A stretch of 60,921 nt of DNA from an uncultured Desulfobacteraceae bacterium (GTDB lineage: Bacteria; Desulfobacterota; Desulfobacteria; Desulfobacterales; JALSRD01), in assembly GCA_964442705.1 (NCBI GenBank), contig CAYUAQ010000006.1:1-60921 (forward strand), written 5' to 3'. The translations under genes were made by a program, and so were the position numbers. Below, one piece after another: positions 10,068 through 19,276 of this stretch (its first letter is position 1; the number at the start of each line of letters is the position of its first letter). A model generated the notes under the pieces. The model was not told the DNA's origin, did no database searches, and saw only the letters and a list, made by a program, of their open reading frames with translations.

Positions 10068-10240
10068 GAAATAATTGAACCAGGAAAATCAGAGCTACCC
10101 TCAGACCGGGTCGAGGCCCTGGAATCAGAACTCCCACATTTTGTCCGCCATACTGACATTTTTTGACCGATGCGGTCGCGGCAGCATGAGACCAAAGGCC
10201 TATCCTGTTGATTCATCGGGAATTTCAATCAGCACGAAAC

Positions 10241-10256
10241 GGGCATGTATTTTGCT
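10241..10256 (+). promoter_or_regulatory. Putative sigma-54 (-24/-12) promoter
   Basis: gGGCATgtattTTGCT with exact GG-N10-GC spacing, about 90 nt upstream of the CDS at 10344. Confidence 0.55.
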
Positions 10257-10343
10257 TCTCTCTGGTGTCAGCTATAGGGACGATACCCTGTTTCGTTGGG
10301 GGGACGACACCAATCACGCACTTGTTCTATGGAGAAGCGAGGA

Positions 10344-10571
10344 ATGGCACAGACAATCACCAGTACCGCGTTCATGACCAAAAAATGTCACAACTGCCTG
10401 ACCAGCATGCCCGTCGACGCCCGCCGATGCCCGGAATGCAACAAGAAAGTAGGGGATGTAGATAAACTCGGTTTTGCCAGAAAGCCCGTGCAATGGGTGG
10501 CCTACATCACCACGCTGATCTGGTTTCAGGGCTTCTGCCTCTTCGTGTGGTGGGCCTTTCTGAAATCCTGA
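10344..10571 (+). CDS. Small zinc-ribbon membrane protein (75 aa)
   Basis: CHNC...CPEC followed by one C-terminal TM helix; purine-rich SD region before ATG 10344. Confidence 0.7.
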   Translation: MAQTITSTAFMTKKCHNCLTSMPVDARRCPECNKKVGDVDKLGFARKPVQWVAYITTLIWFQGFCLFVWWAFLKS

Positions 10572-10700
10572 AAACCCGATCGGCAAAGGGCGCAGGGGAC
10601 AACCGCACCGGAACTTCCAGGACTGTTCACTGAGCCACGGCTGGCAACCAGATCTGCGGCTTCCCGGTGCCGGCCGCAGCCAAAGCCGCTTTTCCTCCAC

Positions 10701-10731
10701 AACGCACAACCGGCCACGGACCACGGACAAC
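10701..10731. repeat. Degenerate heptamer tandem repeat
   Basis: aacgcac-aaccggc-cacggac-cacggac-aac. Confidence 0.6.
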
Positions 10732-10918
10732 CCCGTCTGTTCCGGGCTGTGGCCCTGCCGCCACCGGTTGCCTCGCTCATTTCACAAGCTTCCATCTTGC
10801 CATATTCGACAGATGTGATATAGATGAACCTTGCCTTTCATGCCACTGTCCCGGCATGATGCAGCAACCCCGTTGATTCCGATCCATTCCCGTAACCGCA
10901 ACCTAAGGAGGAAGGCTT

Positions 10919-12232
10919 ATGAAGGTATTTCTGAAATTCGGTGTACTGTGTCTCAGTGTCGCTCTGGTGGCCACCCTCGTGGTGCTGCCGGGTTCGCCGG
11001 CGGCCCGGGAAATCAAAATCGGTGTGCTTTACCCGTTGACGGGGGGGGCCGCCGCAGCCGGGCGGGAGTTGAAAGCCGGGGCCGAACTGGCAGCCGAAAT
11101 CGCCAACAAGGCCATGCCCGAAATCGATATGACCATGGCCAAAAATGCCGGCATCCAGAGCCTGGGCGGCGCCACCATCAAGCTGATCATCAAGGATCAC
11201 GAGGGCAATCCCACCCTGGGGGCCGACCTAGCCAAGAAACTTATCCTGGACGACAAGGTGGACGGCATCCTGGGGTGCTATTACAGTTCGGTGACCAAAA
11301 CGGTCAGCGCCGTGGCCGAACAGTACGGCATCCCCATGATCAACGGCACGTCCACCTCACCGGGGCTCACCACGCGGGGATTCAAATGGTTCTGGCGCAC
11401 CACGCCCCACGACAAATGGTTCACCAAGGACCTGTTCGAGCTGCTCAAGGGCCTCACCGAGGGCAAAGTCAAAGGCGTGGCCGCGGTTCCCAAAAAGCAG
11501 CTGCAGACCATCGCCTCGGCCTGTGAAAAGACCGAGTGGGGCTCCCACGTCTCGGAGCTGATCAAGTCCATGTCCAAGGAATACGGCTTCAAGCTCAGAA
11601 AGTCTTTGCTCTACGCCGCCAAATCCGCGGATCTGTCCAGTGAAGTGCGTTCCCTGAAAGCGGCCAAACCGGACGTCATGCTGTTCGCCTCCTACACCTC
11701 GGATGCCATCCTGATGGTCAAGACGCTGAAAGCCCAAAAAGCCCAGCCTAAGATCATATGGGGGCAGGATGCCGGTTTTGAAAAACCCGAGTTTCGCAGC
11801 ACCCTGGGCAAAACCATCGAGGGCATTCTGACCCGTACCGTTTTCCTGCCCAAGGTGGTGGAGATCAAACCGCTGGCCGGCCAGATCAACAATCTCTACA
11901 AGGCCAAAACCGGCAACGACCTGGGTGGCGCCTCGGCGCGCGCCTTCACAGGGCTGCAGACATGGGTGTATGTCCTGGAAAAAGCGGGCTCCACCAAACC
12001 GGCCGACATCCAAAAAGCCGCTAACAGCATCGATATCCCGGGCAAGGAGCTGGTGGTTCCCTGGGCCGGCATCAAGTTTTCCACCACGGGCGACGAGATC
12101 GGCCAGAACGTGCTGGGCTCCGGGCTGATAGGCCAGTACCGGATGGGCAAAGACGGCCAGATCGGGCTGGAGATCGTCTATCCCTTTGACGTGGCTTCGG
12201 CCGACATGATCTTTCCGTTTCCGGGATTTTAG
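10919..12232 (+). CDS. ABC transporter substrate-binding protein, LivK/HAAT family
   Basis: Signal peptide; IKIGVLYPLTG; GCYYSSVT; precedes livHMGF-like genes. Confidence 0.9.
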   Translation: MKVFLKFGVLCLSVALVATLVVLPGSPAAREIKIGVLYPLTGGAAAAGRELKAGAELAAEIANKAMPEIDMTMAKNAGIQSLGGATIKLIIKDHEGNPTLGADLAKKLILDDKVDGILGCYYSSVTKTVSAVAEQYGIPMINGTSTSPGLTTRGFKWFWRTTPHDKWFTKDLFELLKGLTEGKVKGVAAVPKKQLQTIASACEKTEWGSHVSELIKSMSKEYGFKLRKSLLYAAKSADLSSEVRSLKAAKPDVMLFASYTSDAILMVKTLKAQKAQPKIIWGQDAGFEKPEFRSTLGKTIEGILTRTVFLPKVVEIKPLAGQINNLYKAKTGNDLGGASARAFTGLQTWVYVLEKAGSTKPADIQKAANSIDIPGKELVVPWAGIKFSTTGDEIGQNVLGSGLIGQYRMGKDGQIGLEIVYPFDVASADMIFPFPGF

Positions 12233-12265
12233 CGCCTTTCACTTCAATCCTGTCATGAAAAATTG

Positions 12266-12343
12266 ACCGCAGAGGTCACGGAGACACGGAGATCACGACG
12301 TTTCAAAGGCGCTACTCTCTGTGTTCTCCGTGCGCTCTGTGGT
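12266..12343. repeat. Inverted 9-mer-array hairpin between the SBP and permease genes
   Basis: accgcagag-gtcacggag-acacggag versus ctctgtgtt-ctccgtgcg-ctctgtggt. Confidence 0.75.
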
Positions 12344-12360
12344 GAAAAAGCCAAATCCAC

Positions 12361-13275
12361 ATGGATATTCTGATAAGCTCACTTGTGGCGGGACTGCTGA
12401 TCGGCATGATCCTGGCCCTGGTGTCCCTGGGGCTGACGATCATCTTCGGGGTCATGGATATCGTCAACTTCGCCCACGGCGAATTCCTGATGCTGGGCAT
12501 GTACACGACCCTGTTCACGGCCCAGGCCACGGGCATCGACCCGCTGCTGACCCTGCCCATGGCCGCCCTGGTGGGGTTCGTGCTGGGGGTGGCCTGCTAC
12601 TACGGATTCATCCAGTTCCTGCTGCGCGGCCCCATGGTGGCGCAGCTGCTGGGAACCTTCGGGCTGATGTTGCTGCTGCGCAACCTGGCTCTGCTCATTT
12701 TCGGCTCCGAGGACCGCGCCCTGCACCACGGGCTGCTGGTGGGCAAGAGCTTCGACATCGGCATGGGCGTCATCATCCCGGCCACCAAGCTGGCGGCGGC
12801 CGGCCTTTCCATTGTGACTTTCGCGGCCGTGTGGCTGCTCATGAACCGCACCCGCATCGGCAAGGCCCTCACGGCAACGGCCCTCAACGCCCAGGGGGCG
12901 CGTTACATGGGCATCCCCACCAGCCGTATGAACGCCCTGGCGTGGGGCATCGGCGGCGGTAGCGTCACCCTGGCCGGCGGGCTGCTGGTCAACTTCTGGT
13001 CGGTCAACCCTTTCGTGGGGCTGTTGTTCACCATGATCGCCTTCACCATCGTGGCCCTGGGCGGGTTCGGGTCGGTGCCCGGCGCCTTCTTCGCCGCCCT
13101 GGTGGTGGGTCTGATCATGGAAATCCCCGGCTTCTGGGACTTCATCACCTACACCTTCGACATCGGCTGGATGACCGACGTGCCCATGACATCCTTCAAG
13201 TACACCTGGGTGTACCTGGCCTACTTCATCATCATGGTCGTCAGACCGCGGGGGCTTTTCGGATGGAAACACTGA
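12361..13275 (+). CDS. livH: Branched-chain amino acid-type ABC permease
   Basis: GLTIIFGVMDIVNFAHGEF; LGGFGS; RPRGLFG. Confidence 0.9.
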   Translation: MDILISSLVAGLLIGMILALVSLGLTIIFGVMDIVNFAHGEFLMLGMYTTLFTAQATGIDPLLTLPMAALVGFVLGVACYYGFIQFLLRGPMVAQLLGTFGLMLLLRNLALLIFGSEDRALHHGLLVGKSFDIGMGVIIPATKLAAAGLSIVTFAAVWLLMNRTRIGKALTATALNAQGARYMGIPTSRMNALAWGIGGGSVTLAGGLLVNFWSVNPFVGLLFTMIAFTIVALGGFGSVPGAFFAALVVGLIMEIPGFWDFITYTFDIGWMTDVPMTSFKYTWVYLAYFIIMVVRPRGLFGWKH

Positions 13276-14273
13276 AAAACGCCTTCGACTTCTCCGACTT
13301 TCCCCGCAGCGACCTGGTGGTGGCCGCCGCGGCGGCCCTGGCGCTGGCGGCCTTTCCGTTCATGTCACCGTCGTCCTTTGCCATGGCCACCATGATCCAG
13401 TTCTTCATGTTCTCGCTCTACGGCATGGGCTGGAACACCATCGGCGGCTACGGCGGACAGGTGGACCTGGGCAAGGCTCAGTACGTGGGCATCGGGGCCT
13501 ACACCACGGCGGTGATGCTGATCCGCTGGGACATCCCCTTCTGGGTATCCATGCCGGTGGGCATGTGCCTGTCGGTGATCTGGTCGTTCATCATCGGCTA
13601 TCCCCTCTTCCGGCTCAAGGGCCACTACTTCGCCATCGCCACCATCGCCACCTCGCTGGTATTGAAAGACCTCTTCGAGGTGTGGGATTTCGTGGGCGCG
13701 GCCCGGGGACTGGAGATCTCCCCCATCAAGTACCACCCGCCCGACTATCTCCGGCTGATCTTCCGCGAGGACATCTACTACTACTTTGTCATCTTCGCCA
13801 TGTTCCTGGCGGGCATCGTGTACATCAACTGGTTTCGCAAGTCGCGCCTAGGCTTTCAGCTGCGCTCCATCAAGGACAACGAGGAGGTCGCCCGCTCGCT
13901 GGGTATCAATGTGCACTGGGCCAAGATCAAGACCTACGCCATCGCCACGGCCTTTGTCAGCGTAACCGGCTCTTTCCATGCCTGCTACATCAAGAACATC
14001 GAACCCGAAGACACCATGAGCCTGGACATCTCCATCCTGATTGCCCTGATGGCCATGCTGGGTGGCGCCGGCTCCCTTTGGGGCCCCATCATCGGCGCCG
14101 GCATCCTGATCCCGCTCAAGAGCTACCTCAAGGAGTGGCTGGGGGCCCGGGCCGGGCTGGTGGGCATCGACCTGATCATCTACGCCCTGATCATCATGAT
14201 CATCTCAGCCAAGGAACCTCGCGGGATCTGGGGCATCGTGGAACGGGTGCGCCGCAGGAAGAGGCGACGATGA
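13263..14273 (+). CDS. livM: Branched-chain amino acid-type ABC permease
   Basis: GYGGQVDLG; RLKGHYFAIAT; LGGAGSLWGP. Confidence 0.9.
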   Translation: METLKNAFDFSDFPRSDLVVAAAAALALAAFPFMSPSSFAMATMIQFFMFSLYGMGWNTIGGYGGQVDLGKAQYVGIGAYTTAVMLIRWDIPFWVSMPVGMCLSVIWSFIIGYPLFRLKGHYFAIATIATSLVLKDLFEVWDFVGAARGLEISPIKYHPPDYLRLIFREDIYYYFVIFAMFLAGIVYINWFRKSRLGFQLRSIKDNEEVARSLGINVHWAKIKTYAIATAFVSVTGSFHACYIKNIEPEDTMSLDISILIALMAMLGGAGSLWGPIIGAGILIPLKSYLKEWLGARAGLVGIDLIIYALIIMIISAKEPRGIWGIVERVRRRKRRR

Positions 14274-15016
14274 AAATCCTGGAAGTCAAGCATCTGGTCA
14301 AGGAATTCGGCGGGCTGCGCGCCAACGACGACATCTCTTTTGCCCTGGAAAAAGAAGAGCTGACCGGCGTCATCGGCCCCAACGGCGCGGGCAAGACGAC
14401 CCTGTTCAACTGCATCGCCGGCCTGCACCCGGTGACCAGCGGCCAAATCCTCTTCCACGGGCGGGACATCACCGCGCTGCGGGCCCACGAGGTGGCGCGT
14501 CTGGGCCTGGCGCGCACCTTTCAGGTCTACACCGCCGCCGGCGACCTCAACGTGGAGGAGAACGTCATGGTGGGCTGTTTCATGCGTACCGCCGCGCGCA
14601 GCGCAGCCCGCCGCCGCGCCCGGCAGATTCTGGCGGATCTGAACCTGGAGGCGCACGCCGACGCCCTGGTGAGCGAGCTTCCCGTGGCCGCCCAGAAGCA
14701 GGTAACCATGGCCACAGCCCTGGGGACAGAACCCAAAATGCTCCTGCTGGACGAAGTGGCCGCCGGCCTGAATCCTTCTGAGATCGAGCAGATCATGGCC
14801 ACCATCCGTCACCTGCACCACGACCTGGGAATCACCATTGTGCTCATCGAGCACGTCATGGAACTGGTCATGAACGTGTGCCAGCGCCTGATCGTGCTGG
14901 ACTACGGCAAGAAAATCGCCGACGGCGGCCCCGGGGACATTGCCGGCAACCCCCTGGTGATCAAGGCTTATCTGGGGGAACGCTACGTGGCCGAACACGC
15001 CGAGGAGTTCCGTTGA
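14270..15016 (+). CDS. livG: ABC ATP-binding protein
   Basis: Start ATG 14270 overlaps the livM stop (ATGA); GPNGAGKT; RTFQ; LLLDEVAAG; IEH; KAYLG. Confidence 0.9.
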   Translation: MKILEVKHLVKEFGGLRANDDISFALEKEELTGVIGPNGAGKTTLFNCIAGLHPVTSGQILFHGRDITALRAHEVARLGLARTFQVYTAAGDLNVEENVMVGCFMRTAARSAARRRARQILADLNLEAHADALVSELPVAAQKQVTMATALGTEPKMLLLDEVAAGLNPSEIEQIMATIRHLHHDLGITIVLIEHVMELVMNVCQRLIVLDYGKKIADGGPGDIAGNPLVIKAYLGERYVAEHAEEFR

Positions 15017-15019
15017 GCC

Positions 15020-15736
15020 ATGCATGCACCACTGCTTGAGATCGAAGACATATGGGTACGCTACGCCGGCTTGCCGGTGATCCAGGGGGTCTCCCTGGCG
15101 GTGGGCAGCGGAGAGACCGTCTGCGTGGTGGGGGCCAACGGCGCCGGCAAATCCACCCTGCTGCGGGCCGTGATGGGCAAACAGCCGCCATTCAGGGGAA
15201 CCATACGCTTCGGGGGCCGTGACATACACAAACTGTCCACCGAGGAGATCGTGCGCCTGGGCATCGTCTACGTACCCGAGGAGAAAATGCTGTTCGGGCC
15301 GCTTTCGGTGGAGGAGAATCTCAGGCTGGGGGCCTACATTCTAAGGGATCCCCAGAGAATCGAGCAGAACCTGGATTTCGTCTTCAGCCTCTTTCCGCGC
15401 CTGCAGGAACGACGCCGCCAGCCGGCCACCACCCTTTCCGGAGGCGAGCAGCAGATGGTCGCCATCAGCCGTGGGCTGATGTCCAACCCGCGTATTCTCA
15501 TGCTGGATGAGCCCTCCCTGGGCCTGGCGCCCATTTTGGTGGACGAGGTACTGGACACGGTGCGACGGCTAAAAAAAGAGGGTATGACCATCCTGCTGGT
15601 GGAACAGAACGTACGCGAAGCCCTGGAACTGGCCGACCGGGGCTACGTGCTGCAGACCGGCCGCATCCGGGCCGAGGGCGGCGGTCGGGAACTGCTGGCC
15701 AGCGATATGTTCCGCAAGGCCTTCCTGGGGATGTGA
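15020..15736 (+). CDS. livF: ABC ATP-binding protein
   Basis: GANGAGKS; LSGGEQQM; LDEPSLGLAP; VEQN. Confidence 0.92.
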   Translation: MHAPLLEIEDIWVRYAGLPVIQGVSLAVGSGETVCVVGANGAGKSTLLRAVMGKQPPFRGTIRFGGRDIHKLSTEEIVRLGIVYVPEEKMLFGPLSVEENLRLGAYILRDPQRIEQNLDFVFSLFPRLQERRRQPATTLSGGEQQMVAISRGLMSNPRILMLDEPSLGLAPILVDEVLDTVRRLKKEGMTILLVEQNVREALELADRGYVLQTGRIRAEGGGRELLASDMFRKAFLGM

Positions 15737-15881
15737 GGGGCAAGGGGTTAGAGGTACAAAGTGAAAGGAAGAAAATCTATTTTATTTCCCATCCGCGAAA
15801 ACCACGGAACACATGAAACGACGAACGGGGTTGCGGGAAGCACTCGCAAGCTCGTCCTGTCTGATTTGGGGAGAAAATATA

Positions 15882-16664
15882 ATGAGTGAAAATTTGAGCG
15901 GGGCGCAGCTGCGGGAGCTGATCCGCAGCGGCAAATGGCAGGGCCAAACCTCCGGGGCGGCCAAGGGATACGTGCAGGCCAACCTGGTGATGATGCCCCG
16001 CGAGGCGGCTTTCGACTTTCTGATGTTCTGCGTGCGCAACCCCAAGCCGTGCCCGGTGCTGGACGTGCTCGAAGCGGGCCGCAGCGAGCCCTCCATCGCC
16101 CCCGGTGCCGACTTGAGGACCGATCTGCCCCGTTACCGGATTTTCCGCAACGGCCGGTTCCATGAGGAGGTCAGCGACGTCGGCGATTATTTCCGCAAGG
16201 ACACGGTCAGCTTCCTGCTGGGGTGCAGCTTCTCCTTTGAAAACGCCATGCTGGCCAAAGGGCTGCCGGTGCGCAACATTGAGGAGGGCAAGAACGTCTC
16301 CATGTACATCACCGACCGGCCGTGCCGGCCGGCAGGCCCCTTTTCTGCTCCCCTGGTGGTCAGCATGCGCCCCCTGACGCCGTCCGATGCCGTCAGGGCG
16401 GTGCAGGTCACCACGCGGTTCCACATCACCCACGGCGCGCCGGTCCACATGGGTGACCCGGCGGCCATCGGCATCCGCGACATCGGGCGGCCCGAGTTCG
16501 GCGATGCGGTGGAGATCCGCGCCGGGGAGCTCCCGGTCTTCTGGGCCTGCGGGGTCACCTCGCAGCTGGCGGCCACCTCGGCCCCCCTGCCGCTGGTGAT
16601 CACCCACAGCCCGGGGCACATGTTCGTCTCGGACCTGACGGATGAGGAGATGACAATTTTCTAG
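15882..16664 (+). CDS. DUF1445 / D-glutamate cyclase-family putative hydro-lyase (YcsI-like)
   Basis: QANL, RNPKPCP, DLRTDLPRY, GCSFSFE, VVSMRP, HGAPVH, FWACGVT, THSPGHM. Start ATG 15882. Confidence 0.9.
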   Translation: MSENLSGAQLRELIRSGKWQGQTSGAAKGYVQANLVMMPREAAFDFLMFCVRNPKPCPVLDVLEAGRSEPSIAPGADLRTDLPRYRIFRNGRFHEEVSDVGDYFRKDTVSFLLGCSFSFENAMLAKGLPVRNIEEGKNVSMYITDRPCRPAGPFSAPLVVSMRPLTPSDAVRAVQVTTRFHITHGAPVHMGDPAAIGIRDIGRPEFGDAVEIRAGELPVFWACGVTSQLAATSAPLPLVITHSPGHMFVSDLTDEEMTIF

Positions 16665-16691
16665 TCCGTTGTTTGTCGTCAGTTGCCCGTT
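16664..16691. repeat. Degenerate heptamer tandem repeat
   Basis: gtccgtt-gtttgtc-gtcagtt-gcccgtt. Confidence 0.6.
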
Positions 16692-16739
16692 GCAGCAACT
16701 ACCGTTTTGTGGACATGCATGCATTTGAGGAGTGAGACG

Positions 16740-17513
16740 ATGAGCAGCATCGATCTGAACAGCGACATCGGTGAGAGTTTCGGTGCCTACACCGTGGGCA
16801 TGGACGAGGGCGTGCTGAAGGTGATCACCTCTGCCAACGTAGCCTGCGGCTGGCATGCCGGCGACCCCATGGTAATGCGCAAAACGGTGGCCCTGGCAGC
16901 GCAATGCGGCGTGTCCGTGGGGGCGCATCCAGGCTACCCGGATCTTTTGGGCTTTGGCCGCCGCAGCCTGGACTGTTCCCCGCAAGAGGTCCGCAACTAC
17001 GTCATCTACCAGGTGGGTGCCCTGCAGGCCTTTTGCCGGGCCGAGGGTATCCGGCTGGCTCACGTCAAACCCCACGGCGCTCTGTACACCACGGCCGTGG
17101 CCGACCCGCGGGTAGGCCGCGCCATCATGGAGGCCGTGGCGGCCGTGGACCCCGGCCTTTACTACGTGGCGCTGGCAGGGGCGGGCGCCGAAGCGGTGCG
17201 CCGGCAGGCAGACCAAGTGGGCATCCGGGTCGTGTTCGAGGCCTTCCCGGACCGCTCCTACACCCCGGAGGGACGGCTGACGCCCCGCAGCCAGCCGGGC
17301 GCCGTGATCCACGATCCCGGGGAAGCCGCCCGTCGGGCCCTCCAGATGGCCCGCGACGGCAGCGTTACCACCAGTGACGGCACAGTCATATCCCTGTCCG
17401 CCCAGACCCTGTGCGTTCACGGCGACAACCCCCAGGCCCTGTCACTGGTGAAAACCATCCACGATACCCTGACCAGGGCCGGTATCGAGGTGCGTGCCCT
17501 GGGGCAGGATTGA
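16740..17513 (+). CDS. pxpA: 5-oxoprolinase subunit A (LamB/YcsF)
   Basis: IDLNSDIGESFG, SANVACGWHAGDP, GAHPGYPD, HVKPHGALY, TLCVHGD; GAGGAG SD. Confidence 0.93.
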   Translation: MSSIDLNSDIGESFGAYTVGMDEGVLKVITSANVACGWHAGDPMVMRKTVALAAQCGVSVGAHPGYPDLLGFGRRSLDCSPQEVRNYVIYQVGALQAFCRAEGIRLAHVKPHGALYTTAVADPRVGRAIMEAVAAVDPGLYYVALAGAGAEAVRRQADQVGIRVVFEAFPDRSYTPEGRLTPRSQPGAVIHDPGEAARRALQMARDGSVTTSDGTVISLSAQTLCVHGDNPQALSLVKTIHDTLTRAGIEVRALGQD

Positions 17514-17528
17514 GGGACCGCATCTGAA

Positions 17529-18248
17529 ATGGCCGGTTCAAACGTACAGACACCACGGGAAACCATCGGCTTCCGCGTCATGGGCGACCAGGGCCTGCTG
17601 GTGGAGTATGGCGACGTCATCGACGACGCTGTCAACCAGAAAGTACGCAGCGTGGCTGCTGCGATAGCCAAGAACCCGCCGGACGGGGTGCTGGAAACCG
17701 TACCGGCTTACCGGTCCCTGCTGGTCATCTACGACCCGCTGACCACCACGGCCCGCCGGTTGGAACTATTTTTCCGACGGCTGGAAGACCGCATCGACCG
17801 CATCGACATCCCGCCGCCGCGCACTATCGATATTCCAGTGTGTTACGGCGGCGAATTTGGGCCGGACATGGATTTCGTGGCCCGCAGCCACAATCTCACG
17901 ATCGACGAAGTAATCAGGCTGCACACCGGCCGTACCTACAACGTGTGCATGATCGGATTTTCACCGGGATTCCCTTTCCTGGGCGGTTTGGCCCCGGAAC
18001 TGGCGACACCGCGTCTGAAAACCCCCCGCGCCCGTGTACCCAGAGGATCGGTGGCCATTGCCAACAACCAGACCGGCATCTACCCCCTGGAAAGCCCCGG
18101 CGGGTGGCAGCTGATCGGCAGAACGCCGCTGAAACTGTTCGATCCCGTGGCAGAACCGCCGCTTCCGTACCAGACCGGCGACAGGATTCGCTTTGCGGCC
18201 ATATCCCCTCAGGAGTATCACTGCATGCGGGAGGCCCAAGTCCCATGA
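17529..18248 (+). CDS. pxpB: 5-oxoprolinase subunit B (KipI)
   Basis: VPAYRSL, IPVCYGGEFGPD, IGFSPGFPFLGG, YPLESPGGWQLIGRT. Confidence 0.93.
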   Translation: MAGSNVQTPRETIGFRVMGDQGLLVEYGDVIDDAVNQKVRSVAAAIAKNPPDGVLETVPAYRSLLVIYDPLTTTARRLELFFRRLEDRIDRIDIPPPRTIDIPVCYGGEFGPDMDFVARSHNLTIDEVIRLHTGRTYNVCMIGFSPGFPFLGGLAPELATPRLKTPRARVPRGSVAIANNQTGIYPLESPGGWQLIGRTPLKLFDPVAEPPLPYQTGDRIRFAAISPQEYHCMREAQVP

Positions 18249-19198
18249 ACACTTTTGTCGTGATCGAACCGGGCGCCTTTACCACCGTACAGGATCTGGG
18301 CCGTTTCGGCTACCGGCACATGGGCGTCCCCCCTTCGGGAGCACTGGACACCTTCGCCTGCCGGGTAGCCAATTTGTTGGTGGGGAACCCGGAAGGCAGC
18401 GCCGTGCTGGAAATGACCTTCACCGGTGTCGTCCTGGCGGTGCTCGGTGCAGTGGATGTGGCCCTAACCGGAGCCGACATGGCTGCCTCCGTAAACCGGA
18501 ATCCCGTCGACAACTGGTCTACCGTGCGGTTGTCACCGGGAGACCTGCTGACCATGGGTCCGGCCCGGAGCGGCTGCCGGGGATATCTGGCCGTCACCGG
18601 GGGCATCGATGTCCCCTTGGTCATGGGCAGCCGTTCCACCAACACCATGGCCCGCATGGGCGGTTTTCGGGGGCGACCCTTGAAAAAAGGGGATTTCCTG
18701 GCAAGCGGCCCCGGACGTCTGCTGGACCGGCCACGGGAAGTCCCTTCGCAGTCAAGACCCGTCTGTACAGATCCCATAACGCTGCGCGCCATTCCCGGTC
18801 CTCAAGACGACTTCTTCACTGAGGGCCTGCAACGCCTTTTTACCCGGCCCTTTACGGTAAGCGCCCGTGCCGACCGCATGGGTTGCCGCCTGGATGGTCC
18901 CGATATTCCCTTCAGGAAGGATATGCCCGAAAGCATTATCTCTGAACCCATCGTGCCCGGCGGCATTCAAATCCCGGCCGACGGCCAGCCCATCATCCTG
19001 CTCAACGAACAGACCGCCGGCGGTTATGCCAAAATCGCCACCGTGATTTCCCATGATCTGCCCGAAGTGGCTCAGGCTGCAGCCGGCGACAGAATTCATT
19101 TCAAACAGATCGACCTGCAGAGCGCCCGGTGCATCGGCCACAAAAAGCGGCAGCACTTGGCTCAACTGCAGGAAATGCTGAGGGGTGGTCAGGGATAG
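18245..19198 (+). CDS. pxpC: 5-oxoprolinase subunit C (KipA)
   Basis: Start ATG 18245; TTVQDLGR, GVPPSGALD, ANLLVGN, DRMG, QTAGGYAKI. Confidence 0.92.
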   Translation: MNTFVVIEPGAFTTVQDLGRFGYRHMGVPPSGALDTFACRVANLLVGNPEGSAVLEMTFTGVVLAVLGAVDVALTGADMAASVNRNPVDNWSTVRLSPGDLLTMGPARSGCRGYLAVTGGIDVPLVMGSRSTNTMARMGGFRGRPLKKGDFLASGPGRLLDRPREVPSQSRPVCTDPITLRAIPGPQDDFFTEGLQRLFTRPFTVSARADRMGCRLDGPDIPFRKDMPESIISEPIVPGGIQIPADGQPIILLNEQTAGGYAKIATVISHDLPEVAQAAAGDRIHFKQIDLQSARCIGHKKRQHLAQLQEMLRGGQG

Positions 19199-19276
19199 GT
19201 TAAATTCGGCCTACAGGGGGGAATTTCTGAGGTTATTGAATTACTTAAGGACGTCCCCCAGAAAGGATAAAGAGTC

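Noticed and set aside
13565-14269. Long N-terminal extension of the livG ORF; similar extensions on pxpC (17840) and hdrB (20950)
   Set aside because: They overlap the upstream genes out of frame, and the real starts coincide with coupled stop/start overlaps (ATGA or TGATG).
14660-14730. Degenerate ABC signature in LivG (LPVAAQK)
   Set aside because: LivG-type ATPases commonly have a non-LSGGQ signature, so this is not evidence of inactivation.
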